From Octopus vulgaris (lineage: Eukaryota): DNA of 64,000 nt. Location of the stretch: contig OX597816.1 of the NCBI GenBank assembly GCA_951406725.2, forward strand, positions 61,318,001 to 61,382,000. The letters are read 5' to 3'. Below, piece by piece: positions 13,001 through 34,127 of the stretch; position 1 is the stretch's first letter; each line of letters begins with the position of its first letter. The position numbers were made by a program, and so were the translations under genes. The notes beneath the pieces are model-generated. The model had not been told where the DNA came from. It did no database searches and worked only from the letters and a program-made list of their open reading frames with translations.

Positions 13001-14299
13001 ATGTAGAGAAGCCCTTAATGCGTTGGGCTTACAGAGGTCTATGTTACTGGTACCAGCATCTCATTTTTCCATATGAAGTACTTATAATTTCACAGTTGAT
13101 ACCTACCCACATTGGTAAAGAGAGGCGGTGTGTTTTAGATTTCATAACAATGATAGGAACAATTTCTACAGAAATTTCTGAGTGAAAAACCCATATTAAT
13201 CCTACCATGTCCCAGTGTAGACATTTTATACTTCGACAAAACACTTCAACCTATCTAAAATTTCAATTCAATTGAAGACGTTAATATTCACTATTTTGGA
13301 CTATAAAGATTACGTATCGTTAGAATCTATCCCCGGTTTCTTACTGCTCTCGATCCAAAGGATATGAATGGTAAAGATAAACCGGGTACGGAAGAACTAA
13401 AGAAAAATACTGTTTCATATTTTGTCCGTTGTTGTAGCTGTTTTCACTTAGTAATCGCAAAGAAAGTGCTTTATCAACAATTCGCTCTGTCAACCAGTGC
13501 AAAATACTTCTGGTAAGGCCATTTCAGAAAATAGTTTAATAAAACGTGTTATTATAGTTAAATAAATAAAAATATATATATAGGTTGTGTAACATTCTAT
13601 AGACTTTAATATCAAATTACGTTTTGTTTTTTAATTATATATAATTAAGAATGTTATCAGTTGAACTAACTTCGAACTTCTTACGGGGAACTTTTGGGTC
13701 TAGTCGTAAATTACGTTCAATACCTTAACTATTGACATTTGTCTACGTTTCTCTTTCAAGATGTTGTCCGCAGACATTATTTAAGGAAATAGTTCAGTCT
13801 TTTACAGTTATTTTAATTTTATAACTCCAGTTGTTTGTTTAGCCCCAGGTTAGCTTTGGTTAGGCAGGCCTTATGATTCAAAGTATTCCAGTGGTGACAA
13901 TACCGTTTTTCCTTTCTCAGACAGTGTATAAACAATACAGGCGATCGCCTGAACTTCTATTGTTTACAGTTTTACAAAATTAAATTAGAAAATTGGACAA
14001 AACAGAGAACACAATTGAAAAAGAAAATTGCAAACAGTTAGCAAATATATGAAATTATATTTCAATCCAAGACTAAAATTAGTAAATTGAAAAATATCAG
14101 GATAAGAAAGAAAGAAAAATTGTTTACACTTACATTCCATATCAAAGCTGATTGTTTAGAAGTTTGATGCTTATAAGCCCAAATAGAGTAAGGGACAAAT
14201 TTGATGTTTATGACACGGATATATATCGACAATCTGTGCACAAAGACTATATATATATATTTATATGAGTGTGTGTAAAAGGAATAGAAGGTACAAAAT

Positions 14300-14770
14300 A
14301 ACCGACCAACCAACGTAAGGAAATAATTTATATTATAAGGAGCGCCTCTCCCGAACTGCACGCGAAACAAAACTGAAAGTGATAAAGAAGTTGGGCGAAA
14401 TTAATTTCATCATCAGCATCATGACATCACTGTTCCTTCACCTTCCTCCTCCTTATGCTGCTGCTCGCAAGAAGGCGTAGAGCGAGATTTAAAAAAACAA
14501 AATAAACACTTTATAAGTGACGGGAAATAAAAAAAAGATTACAATCGGAAATCGAAAGCTAGGTTGATACTTTGATTGGTTCAGAATTGTTATTTGTGTA
14601 ATAAAGATCGAAGTAGAAAGTCTGTATGCCGGTATCTATTACTTAAGACGAACCAACCAGAGAGCGTCTATATCAGGTATGGACAGCCTTTTTCCCCGAA
14701 AGACGGGCCGCGCTACTAATATAATTTTCGTTGTGTGCCTTTCATGAAATTCCGCGAACCATGTTGCCCG
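14300..14770. promoter_or_regulatory. CpG-enriched putative promoter region
   Basis: Local CpG excess in unique sequence. Flanked by a minus-strand GTAAGT donor (14128-14133) and a plus-strand AG|GTATGG donor (about 14677). Confidence 0.35.
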
Positions 14771-15447
14771 TGACTATTCTGTATGATATTCAATCAGCTA
14801 GAAATAGCAGGCAAATTTCCTTCAAATCATACCTTACAGTCTTTGGAAGAATGACACATTAGATAAGGAGGTAATGTAGTTCACCATACTCCTACAGAGA
14901 TACAATGGTCACGGTTGAAATACTTTTAATGACAGGACTTTCCAATGGGGGTTGCCCTGTTTTTAAACAACGAACACACGAGCGAGTCAATGTAGTCGCA
15001 CAAGCTGCCAAAAATAGCAGTCAAATCTAAGGTCACAACAGCCTTAAGAGAATGATATTACATTATTAATTTTTAATATTATCTTAGTTTAATAGAAACA
15101 TTCAAACGTGCTCGCACACGATCAAGGAAGCTCATGTTAAATATTTTTTCGTCCTTTCAAATATAACAGAAAAAAATAATAATATACAAGGAGAAATCCC
15201 AATAAGGTTCGATTGGGATTACATCCAAGGTCGATTGGTTCAATCTGTGTCATAAACAATGGCAAATAAATGGAATCCTGTATATACTGCGAACAAAGGT
15301 GTGACGGTTGCCACTGGAATATGAATCAAAAGGCTCGGGCTAAACGGCATCACCAGCGATTAGCCACGGAAGCTTCTGCGTCGTTTGTTCGAACTGCAAG
15401 AAGTATTAAAAGAAAAAAAAAAGAGAAAACACACTGAACCACGTTCT

Positions 15448-15449
<2 letters not shown>

Positions 15450-15531
<82 letters not shown>
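15450..15531. repeat. (TA)n microsatellite
   Basis: About 40 uninterrupted TA units. Confidence 0.98.
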
Positions 15532-15533
<2 letters not shown>

Positions 15534-15668
15534 GGAAGCTTTATGAAAAGAGACAAAAGACGAAGGCAGGTGGAAAACAAACAAACAATTGTATTAGTAT
15601 GGCGCTCAGGAAATATAAATAAAACAAGTCTTTAACGTTTCGAGCCTACGCTCTTCAACAGAAAGATA
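15532..15668 (-). mobile_element. Penelope-type short repeat with a hammerhead-like motif
   Basis: Reverse complement of the element at 61175-61370. Reads tctttCTGTTGAaGAGCgtagGCTCGAAACgttaaaga. Confidence 0.6.
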
Positions 15669-15672
15669 TATA

Positions 15673-15703
<31 letters not shown>

Positions 15704-15758
15704 GTGTGTATGTGTATATATATATGTATGTATATATATACATATGTATATATATATA

Positions 15759-15801
<43 letters not shown>

Positions 15802-16669
15802 ACTGACCAGGCTATCAGATGTTGCTACACATCGCTGGTCACAGTGCGCTAAGCATTGTTTTAGCCTTCAAATGATGCCATCCCACTGGCTAAGCGAGCA
15901 GGCCAATAGAAAGAAAGAGTGATATATATGTATGTATATATATGTATGCATATATATATATGTATGCATATATATATGTATGCATATATATATATATATG
16001 CATATATATATATATATGCATATAGGCCATAAATTATATTTCTTTTTATCATTGTGAGAGAGTGTGTGTTTAATGGTCAAATGTTTTTGGGGGTTTAAGA
16101 ATTCTTTTTACTTTTTATGATGTTTTGTGGTGGTGTGTGTGTGTGTGTCACAATGATAAAAAGAAATATAATTTATGGCCTACCTCCCCGCCACCACACA
16201 CTCAGTGACACTGTGAAATGGTCAAAACTGAAATTCTCTCTTTTTTTTTTCCCCAAGACCTTAAAACCCCACTTGGAGTCAATATTCTGTCCAGCAGACC
16301 AAAAAATTCTTTTCTTCTTCTTCCCTCTCCCTTCCCCTCTTTTTCTTTAGCACTCATCCCAGATACAAAAACACACACACACACATGTTCTCTCTCTCAC
16401 TTTCTCCTCATCCATCACCCTCTTGTACTGTCTTATATTCCTCCCCACCACTACAAACTCAGTACCACTATAAAATAGTCAAAACTCCACACAGGAACTT
16501 AGTTTGATTTGAAAACCCCACTAGAATGGGAGAAAGCGCTAATGATCTAAGTTATATGATATATATAAAAATGTAATATACAAATAAATATCTGTAAATA
16601 TAAACCATCCGATTTTCTGAGTACCTCATTTCTTTTAATATATAATACCTGTACATCATCTCCAAACCT

Positions 16670-16786
<117 letters not shown>

Positions 16787-17091
16787 TGTTTATATATATA
16801 CATATATACACATGTATCTATAGATATGTATAATGTATATGCTGAGTTTTTCTTGAGAACACATTCTTCATGGAAAATGGCGATTTGATGTCTATATCTA
16901 CCATATAGGCTGTTCACTTTTAGTGGTCAGTCCTCTAAATTTTGTATGCAAAAAAATTTTTAATCTTCAGATTTTTAAAAAATATGCTAGGCCACTGGTT
17001 TTAATGGATTAATATCAATTTCTACCCTTATTTGATTTTATATATATACACACACATATATAGACACATACATATATACACACATATATAC

Positions 17092-17141
<50 letters not shown>

Positions 17142-17359
17142 ACACATGTATATATATATATATATATATATACACATGTATATATATATATATAGGCACA
17201 GGAGTGGCTGTGTGGTAAGTAGCTTGCCTACCAACCACATGGTTCCGGGTTCAGTCCCACTGCGTGGCATCTTGGGCAAGTGTCTTCTTCTATAGCCTCG
17301 GGCCGACCAATGCCTTGTGAGTTGATTTGGTAGACGGAAACTGAAAGAAGCCCGTCGTA

Positions 17360-17416
<57 letters not shown>

Positions 17417-17634
17417 ATATGTTTGTGTGTCTGTGTTTGTCCCTCTAGCATTGCTTGACAACCTATGCTGGTGTGTTTATGTCCCCGTCACTTAGCGGTT
17501 CGGCAAAAAAGACCGATAGAATAAGTACTGGGCTTACAAAGAATAAGTCTCGGGGTCGATTTGCTCGACTAAAGGCGGTACTCCAGCATGGCCGCAGTCA
17601 AATGACTGAAACAAGTAAAAGACTAAAGACTAAA

Positions 17635-17676
<42 letters not shown>

Positions 17677-17683
17677 CATATAC

Positions 17684-17882
17684 AAAAACCATTAGATTCA
17701 CTTCAACATTTAAATGTAATTTGCCAAAATATTTTTGTTGCTTTGAGACCACGACCTCCTCACTGACAAAATTCCGTGCTGCACAGAATTTGTCAGTGAA
17801 GTGAACAGGTTGCGGTCTCAAAGCGATGAAAATATTCTGACAAATTAAATTGAAATGTTGAAATGAAATCTAATGGTTTTTC
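17684..17882. repeat. About 200-bp imperfect palindrome (inverted pLTR-like, probably Penelope-derived)
   Basis: aaaaaccattagatt..ttcactgacaaa mirrors tttgtcagtgaa..aatctaatggttttt, with the centre near 17780. Confidence 0.75.
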
Positions 17883-17952
17883 ATGTTTCTTAAATGGCTT
17901 ATAAACACCTTCCATGCTGCAATTGAATAATATATCCATTCTGTATTTAATA

Positions 17953-18760
17953 CTAGCAGCATAGCCCAGCGTTGCCCGGGTATATAAGAGTCCCTAGTAT
18001 CATCATCATCAGGCAACGACTAATCCCAATCTAGTCCTTTCCCTCTAGGGAACGAAGGCGCATGTGTAGGTTGCAATGTCTTCTCTTCACTCGAATACTT
18101 CTGTGTATACGATGTTCCTAGCTGTCCCTTTGGGCGATAAATAGGTCGAGTTGCATCCCCTAGACAGTCTGTGGTTTGTGTTTAATACACAAATCGGTTT
18201 GCTATGTGTGCCACATATGATTTAATTAACCGATTTCTTCCAGTAATAAAGTATCCTATTGGAATAAAAAGGGCCATATAGCTCCTTGGAGCAGACATGA
18301 TGCTCGCTGTGAATTAAAAAAAAAATTCCTGCCAATTTGTAAAAGATATTGTCGAAAATATGTCATCTTGAATTTGAACACGATTTCCCAAAATGACATG
18401 ATTTTATCGAATTTTTCTGATGGTAAGGTATTGCATGGAAAACTAACGTTAGAATTAAGTTTCTTAGGGTAACATTAAGCTTCAACATGAGTTTGGTGAA
18501 AATCGATTGCAAGTTGCGAAAACTACAACAGAAAATGTGTTGCATGTAAAAAGCTTAGATTCTCGACCCCATGTCGAATTTATCGATTTTTTTCAGAACT
18601 GGGGGAACTTTTCAAAATTTTCACTGCGTTAGTTTTGAATTCTGACATTGGGCTATGTGTGTATCAAGTTTCATCAGAATCGGTTGAAAGCTGTGGCCAG
18701 GGTGAGGGTACAACCTGACAGACACACAGACAGACAAACTGCCGTTTATATAGAGAGAGA
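17953..18760 (-). mobile_element. Non-autonomous Helitron
   Basis: Minus strand begins TCtctctctatataaacggcagtttgtctgtc and ends cccgggcaacgctgggctatgctgCTAG. Inserted between A and T, no TSD. Confidence 0.85.
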
Positions 18761-20200
18761 TATAAGAACCTGCTTTTATTCTGACTCATGAACTATATAT
18801 TGTGTATGCTAGTGTGTGTGACATACACTGTCAAAGCTTGGCCTCCTTGACAAGCTCTCATTCCTCTAACATACCTATCACCTGCCCATCTTATCTCTCA
18901 CTTGTCTATCAACCATGCCACTCCACTTTATCACTGATGCCCTTGTTCATCTCTCAGTCACTCTCCTCTTCCCACTCTCAATGTACCATGCTGTATATTG
19001 CTTCCAGTGTAACTAGGGATACCACAGGACCCACCTGTCCCTTTCTCCCTCTATCTTCATCACCTTAGCACCTTCAGCATCATGAGGTATATATATGACA
19101 CTTCATCAGATCTACAAAAATATATATATATTTCTTTACTACCCACAAGGGGCTAAACACAGAGAAGACAAACAAGGACAGACAAAGGGATTAAGTCGAT
19201 TACATCGACTCCAGTGCGTAACTGGTACTTTATTTATCGACCCCGAAAGGATGAAAGACAAAGTCAATCTCGGCGGAATTTGAACTCAGAACGTAGCGAC
19301 AGACAAAATACTGCTAAGCATTTCGCGTGGCTGTGTGGTAAGAAGCTTACTTCTTAACCACATGGTTCTGGGTTCAGTCCCACAGAGTGGTACCTTAAGA
19401 AAAAGAAAAGAAAGATGCATCCTGCACACTCTATAAAGTGGTTGGTGTTAGGAAGGACATCTAGCAAGAGAAACCAAGTCAAAAATTATGAGCGAGATGT
19501 GGTACCCATATGCTTCTAGGATAGCAATGAGCAACAACTCATCCATTCATACCAGCATATACATATAAATATACATACATGCATATATATACATACACAT
19601 ATATATATATATATATACATAAATACGATCCTGGTCCTACACTGAAGCAGCCATCGAACCTGAAGCCAAATTCTTGGAATAACTTTATAAGGAAGTTTAT
19701 CGAGAACTCGTGTGCAAATGTTTATTAAAATACATTTAGCTTTTGCTAGATTAAAGTTGTTTAATTAGATTATCAAATATGTCCTCAAATACCTCTCACC
19801 CTGTGTATGGATTTGGTGACACAAACATCTGTTGGCATTTTTTCGTTGAAGATTGTGTTCTCATGTATGTATTTTTTTGCATGTATGTCTAAGTGGCACT
19901 CACTCACTCTCACACACACACACATACAAATAAGATGTATTCATATATATTTATGTATATACGTGTATATGAAAGATAATGGGTGTACTCTCTCTCTCTC
20001 TCTCTCACACACACACGTTCATTTCATATATACGTACATACATCTTTCACTTTCCTCTCTCACTTCGAAGCAAAGGTCGAATGTCATACACCATGAAAAC
20101 AAAGGTAAATAACTAGAAATGTTTTACGGAGGAAATAAACGAACAAAGCCAGCTGATCCAAATGACAGTTCTGTAAGTCAAAACGAAAAATAACCAAAAC

Positions 20201-28187
<7,987 letters not shown>

Positions 28188-29213
28188 CTAGCAGAATTGC
28201 CCGGCGTTGCTAGGGGCTGAATTGCTTGAAAGTACTGTTAATGATTGCACTGAATTATGATGATTATTCAGGCAAATATTGATATAAGTTTACGGTGGGA
28301 GATAAGGACTTAACGATCAAACGTGTGCCATTGCATTGTTTTGGGGGAACAAAATTTCTGATGAGCATTATAGGGGCACCAACTTTAAGTTTGAGAAAGT
28401 GTGGTGGTAGTCCGGGGTGCTCAAAGGAATTGAGTACCTCTATTGGATAGTTGATGATGTCCTCTGGGTCAGGAGTTGTATCGATAGACTGATATACATA
28501 GACTTCCCCAGGAATGAGTTTTAGCATTTCATCATTAATATGGTGAACAGTTTTATTCCTCGGGGCCAGTATAGCCTTTTTGCCAATCCAATCCATATTC
28601 TGATAATTAGCTTGTAGATCTGGGAACACTGCATCTCTGAGATCAGAAGGCGTCTTAACAATGGTACAAATGGAATCGATGGCAATATTACCATTTTCAT
28701 CCCCTGGTATTTTGCCTTCGCCAAGTGCAAGGAGGGTGTGAGGAAATGCTGCTGATGTAATATTACGTCGCATATGTGCATGCATATTGGTGTGAAGTTT
28801 GAGAGTTACTTCCCTTTATTAAAAAAATATGCATTAAAATGGAAAAAATGATGGTAAATTATTTGTAAAATCATAGACTCATCGTAGACGTAATACCCAG
28901 AAGGGCTCGATATGAATCACGACTATAAGATACCCGGTTTTGGTTAAACTGCATCCAAAATGTGGTAGATACAAATGGAATCGATGGCAATATTACCATT
29001 TTCATCCCCTGGTATTTTGCCTTCGCCAAGTGCAAGGAGGGTGTGAGGAAATGCTGCTGATGTAATATTACGTCGCATATGTGCATGCATATTGGTGTGA
29101 AGTTTGAGAGTTACTTCCCTTTATTAAAAAAAATATGCATTCAAAATGTGGGAAATAGTTAGGAATCTAAATCGTAGGAGACAGACACACAACTTCACTT
29201 TTATATATAAAGA
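28188..29213 (-). mobile_element. Helitron A (non-autonomous, carries Pif1 helicase fragment)
   Basis: 5' TCtttatatataaaag at 29213; 3' gcaacgccgggcaattctgCTAG at 28188. Internal partial duplication (about 28666-28835 repeated at about 28969-29140). Confidence 0.92.
28264..28785 (-). pseudogene. Helitron RepHel Pif1-helicase fragment
   Basis: KAILAPRNKTV..IND, Y.SIDT, YPIEVLNS..PGLPPH.LKLKVGAPIMLIRN..CNGTRLIVKSL. Truncated at both ends. Confidence 0.9.
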
Positions 29214-29718
29214 CTAGCAGTATCGCCCGGCGTTGCTCGGGTTTGTAAGGGAAATAACTATATAAGCATTTTTAGAGAGCTACTTCCCTTATAAATTCGG
29301 GCTTTCTTAGCCATTGTTGTTTTGGTGTCTTCAAGCCATGAAGTCGTTGTTCTAAAAGAACGCTGGTTTCCTTCACAATGCATTACGACGTTGATTTCTT
29401 TACACTCCCTTCCCACAGCTTCACGAGGGAGGGAAGGGGGAGAAGCAAACAGGTGCAGCTGTGAGCGTGGACACCAACTCCGCCGCCATCGACATACGAT
29501 GCATTTTATGCATTAAAATGGAATAAAAAATGATGTTAAATTATTTTTAAAATCGTAGACTCATCGTTGACGCGCGCTAATAGTCAGACGGGCTCGATAT
29601 GAATCACGACTACAAGATACCCGAATTTGGTTAAACTGCACCGCAAAATGTGGGAGGAGTTAGGAATCTAAATCGAAGAGGACAGACACTCACACAACTA
29701 GAGTTTTATATATATAGA
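29214..29718 (-). mobile_element. Helitron B (non-autonomous, no helicase segment)
   Basis: 5' TCtatatatataaaac at 29718; 3' cccgagcaacgccgggcgatactgCTAG ending at 29214, directly abutting Helitron A. Confidence 0.9.
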
Positions 29719-30389
29719 TATTTTCGTCCTAAAAAACTTTGTATGGATTGAATGGTTACCTCTATGGAAATATATACACGCACATTATACATACATGTGT
29801 GTATAGATGAATATATAAATACATTTAAATATCTATATACACTTTTGGGCGATCTTTCTGTTTCTTAGAGATAACTTTAGATCTTATTTTCGTCCTAAAA
29901 AACTTTGTGTGGAGTGAATGGTTACCTCTATGGAAATATATACACACACGTTATACATATTATGTACAGATGTATGTATAATGTGTGTGTATATATTTCC
30001 ATAGACGTAACCATTCACTCCACACAAAGTTTTTTAGGACGAAAATAAGATCTAAAATTATCTCTAAGTAGCACAAAGATCGCCCAAAAGTGTATATAGA
30101 TATATAAATGTATTTATATATTCATCTATGCACACATGTATGTATAACGTGTGTGTATATATTTCCATAGAGGTAACCATTCACTCCATACAAAGTTTTT
30201 TAGGACGAAAATAAGATCTAAAGTTATCTCTAAGAAACAGAAAGATCGCCCAAAAGTGTATATAGATATTTATATGTATTTATATGTATTTATATATTCA
30301 TCTATACACACATGTATGTATAATGTGCGTGTATATATTTCCATAGAGGTAACCATTCAATCCATACAAAGTTTTTTAGGACGAAAATA
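29719..30389. repeat. Fold-back structure of about 166-bp tandem units (about 1.4 units facing about 2.4 inverted units)
   Basis: tattttcgtcctaaaaaactttgt at 29719 and 29885. Its reverse complement ends at about 30047, 30213 and 30389. Inversion centre near 29965. Confidence 0.9.
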
Positions 30390-31235
30390 TTTATATATAA
30401 AAGAAAGGTTGTGTGTCTGTCTACTCCGATTTAGATTCCTAACTACTCCCACATTTTGCGATGCAGTTTAACCAAAACCGGGTATCTTATAGTCGTGATT
30501 CATATCGAGCCCTTCTGGGTATTAGCGCGCGTCTACGATGAGTCTATGATTTTACAAATAATTTACCATCAATTTTTTTCCATTTTAATGCATATTTTTT
30601 TTAATAAAGGGAAGTAACTCTCAAACTTCACACCAATATGCGTGCTCATATGCGACGTAATATCACATCAGCAGCATTTCCTCACACCCTCCTTGCACTT
30701 GGCGAAGGCAAAATACCAGGGGATGAAAATGGTAATATTGCCATCGATTCCATTTGTACCATTGTTAAGACGCCTTCTGATCTCAGAGATGCAGTGTTCC
30801 CAGATCTACAAGCTAATTATCAGAATATGGATTGGATTGGCAAAAAGGCTATACTGGCCCCGAGGAATAAAACTGTTCACCATATTAATGATGAAATGCT
30901 AAAACTCATTCCTGGGGAAGTCTATGTATATCAGTCTATCGATACAACTCCTGACCCAGAGGACGTCATCAACTATCCAATAGAGGTACTCAATTCCTTT
31001 GAGCACCCCGGACTACCACCACACTTTCTCAAACTTAAAGTTGGTGCCCCTATAATGCTCATCAGAAATTTTGTTCCCCCAAAACAATGCAATGGCACAC
31101 GTTTGATCGTTAAGTCCTTATCTCCCACCGTAAACTTATATCAATATTTGCCTGAATAATCATCATAATTCAGTGCAATCATTAACAGTACTTTCAAGCA
31201 ATTCAGCCCCGAGCAACGCCGGGCAATTCTGCTAG
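30390..31235 (+). mobile_element. Helitron C (non-autonomous, carries Pif1 helicase fragment)
   Basis: 5' tttatatataaaagaaaggttgtgtgtctgtc (TC degenerate); 3' cccgagcaacgccgggcaattctgCTAG followed by T. Near-identical inverted copy of Helitron A over the helicase part. Confidence 0.92.
30638..31159 (+). pseudogene. Helitron RepHel Pif1-helicase fragment (inverted copy)
   Basis: 173-aa ORF differing from the 28264-28785 ORF at two residues in the ORF track (H/R, I/V). Confidence 0.9.
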
Positions 31236-31266
<31 letters not shown>

Positions 31267-32994
31267 TTAAAAAAAAGAATGAAATTTTTGTGTATAGTGC
31301 TCAGGTGCACTACAGCTTATCAACGGTGCATGTATAGTACATAGAATTATGTACAAATGTCAGGAAGTGAACAGTGTGTCATAATATACATGTGTGCATG
31401 CGTATAACGGGGTGGGGGATATCAGGTGTAGTGTTGGCGAATTCAGGAAGTAATATATATATATATATATAACTTATTGAATTTACAGAGTCTCGGGGAT
31501 TCTGTAAAAAATAAATAAATAAATAAAATAAACTGCGTCTAAATTAAGATCACTAATTATACAGAAGGAATTATTATATTGTGTCCTTCCGTCATCCAGT
31601 TGTATCACAAATTTTTCGAATATCTATTGCAGCTGTCTCGCCAAGTAAACAAATATTATTATCAACTGGGAATATTTACTACACACAAATATCGTGAATG
31701 CTGCGAAAAACATGCTACGGAGTAGGCGACGCTGAATATCACAAAATATTGACTTATGTTTTTGGTTCGAGAAACTTTGGATATTTCAGTTATGATCTTG
31801 ACATTAGTGCACTCTTAAAAACAAATAATAGCTTAAATATAATTTGGGGGACAGAAATCAGTCGGCGTAATGTTTCTAGCGATTGCAGGATGTTTTAGAA
31901 ATCGACAATAATGAAAAATAAAAGCATGCGTAAATACTAACCGTTGTTTTCCATTTCTATTTTCTTTTGTATTTCGTTTCGTTACTAACAGTTCGTGATT
32001 TCACAATTTGCAGAAACGTGTTTTCGCCGATACAGAAAGTAATGTCCGTGGTTTCTGTTTCTAAGAAGCTAACGAAATGAAACCACCTGGTCCAAGATTA
32101 TGTTTGGTGTCTTTGTGTATAGTAACAGATATTTGAGTACTCCACGCATGTACCTTGTTTAATTTCTCTCAACCATTTGAAGCTATTGCTAATTTCTGAA
32201 GATTAAAACAAAAACGAAATTTTTGTTATCAGCATGAAAAACTACATCTCAACAAGATAAAAATATATTCATATCTCGTGAAAAATTGATATATTTCAAA
32301 TTGTTGGAAGAAATTTATCAAGATCCTAGAGTTTAGTAACTTATTCAAGGTTGAAATAGGTACATTTTGGTTTTCCCACCCTCATTCAAAAATTGGGTTA
32401 TCTCCCCTGTGGCTTCAATAAGATTTTTCAGTTTTGTATCATTTGTTATAAAAATATTATCAGATTCAATAAGATGTTTAATCTTTTCGATTTTCATGTC
32501 TATTAATTTTTCTTTTTTTTTTTTCTTTTTTTTAGGGTTAAACAATTTTTTTAGTTGGGGGAGGTAACCCCATTTTAATGGGGATGAGATAACCAAATTG
32601 TACCCTGAAATGTTATAAACCTACAGTAGAAAGCCTAACTTTAGGATGCATTTTTAACTGTCGTATATGAAAGTGGTCACCAGAAACTGTTAGGTCAAAA
32701 ATGTGCGGTGTGCCTATTTAAATTGTGAGTTATTTTAAAGAAGTATGTTCTCTTGATACTTATGGGAAAGGCGGCGAGCTGGCAGAACCGTTAGCACGCC
32801 GGGCGAAATGCGTGGCCGTATTTCGTCGACGAGGTCGACTTTGCCTTTCATCCTTTCGGGGTCGATAAATTAAGTACCAGTTACGCATTGGAGTCGATGT
32901 AATCGACTTGATCCGTTTTTCTGTCCTTGTTTGTCATCATGTCCTATGTTTAGCCCCTTGTGGTTAATAAAGAAACAGATACTTATGGGAATAT

Positions 32995-33280
32995 ATATAA
33001 ATAATGAAATTATTGTACACAGTGCTCAGGTGCACCACAACTTGTCAGAAAGTGCATATAAAGTACATGCAGTAATGTAAAAATGTCTGGAAAGCGAACA
33101 ATGTATGAGTCAGATACATGCCTGTGTGTGTATGGAGGGGAGAAAATCAGGTGTAGTGTTGGCGAATCTCAGAAAGCATGGAAGTTTTGAAGGATGCAGT
33201 GCTCCGACAACTAACAACTGATGCCGGCAGTTTGTTCCATGCTTCAGCAACTCTCAGCGTGAAAAAATGTTTCCTGAAGA
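32995..33280 (-). mobile_element. CR1-type LINE 3' end
   Basis: FRKHFFTLRVAEAWNKLPASVVSCRSTASFK is the CR1/L2 C-terminal signature. A related 3'UTR copy lies at about 31275-31450. Confidence 0.85.
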
Positions 33281-34127
33281 CAATATAAAAAGAAATCAGA
33301 AAACAATAACAAACACGCATATTATTGATTTCCTTTTTCAAACAAACAATAATGTTTCAAATATGCATTTTTAATCAGCAATTTTGAACTTTGTAAAATA
33401 TATAGTTATGTCCCTTACATTTAATTTTTTTTTTTTTTTTGCGGTAGTGTACCAGTTGGCTGGACAATGCATAGGCATTAAATTAAACGAAAAAGTCTCT
33501 ATGTAGTCACTCGACGTACTAGAATAACAACAAAATCGCTTTCCAATCATACCCGATTGTCTTTACTGTAAATAAAATAACAGACGGTCTGCGTCCCCAG
33601 TTTGAGAAACACTGCACTTGAGTAATTTGAGATTTAAATAAAGAAAGCTGTATATTACTCAGAACGTATGAAACAAGGGCTAATTTAGTTTGAATTTTAA
33701 AAAAAATGGTATGAACGTTATGGACAAACTTATGAAAATGCTTTGAATAGGCAAATGGTTAATTTCGATTCACAGATTAAATAAAAAGTTAAATATATAT
33801 ATCAAATAAGATCTTTCAATGAAAGAAATTATACAAGTATGTTAAGCTTCATGCATCAGTATTGTTAACCGAATTTAAAACTTCAGAACATAGAGATAAG
33901 AGTTATGTCCCTTGCAGCAGACGCACTTTAAATATTACAACTCTCAAAATGAGAAATATTGTTTATTTACTAGCCCCTCCTCTTTTAAGGATCACTCTGT
34001 GAAGAAAGAGCAGGGCCTCCCAGATTGTATTAACGTTAGATTACTGTTGTGCTAATATCATAAAATAACTTGAGGGAAAATTAAAAAATGGTGTAGTTAT
34101 GGCTGGAATATGTTAATTTTGTCAGCT

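Larger units (their letters stand above)
5432..14140 (-). other. Candidate spliced minus-strand transcript (putative exons ending 14134; 13107-13254; 10104-10163; 8319-8375; 7677-7703; 5432-5511)
   Basis: AG/GT-bounded segments in non-repetitive DNA. The three middle exons (60, 57, 27 nt) are phase 1-1 and read CHKFSFHVSRKKDVNHLQN-FEKKKKFLEDLEVDLDSGT-DNSLSIRKR without stops. No homologue recognised. Confidence 0.3.

Noticed and set aside
28264-31159. Two host PIF1 genes
   Set aside because: Intronless, truncated fragments enclosed by Helitron termini.
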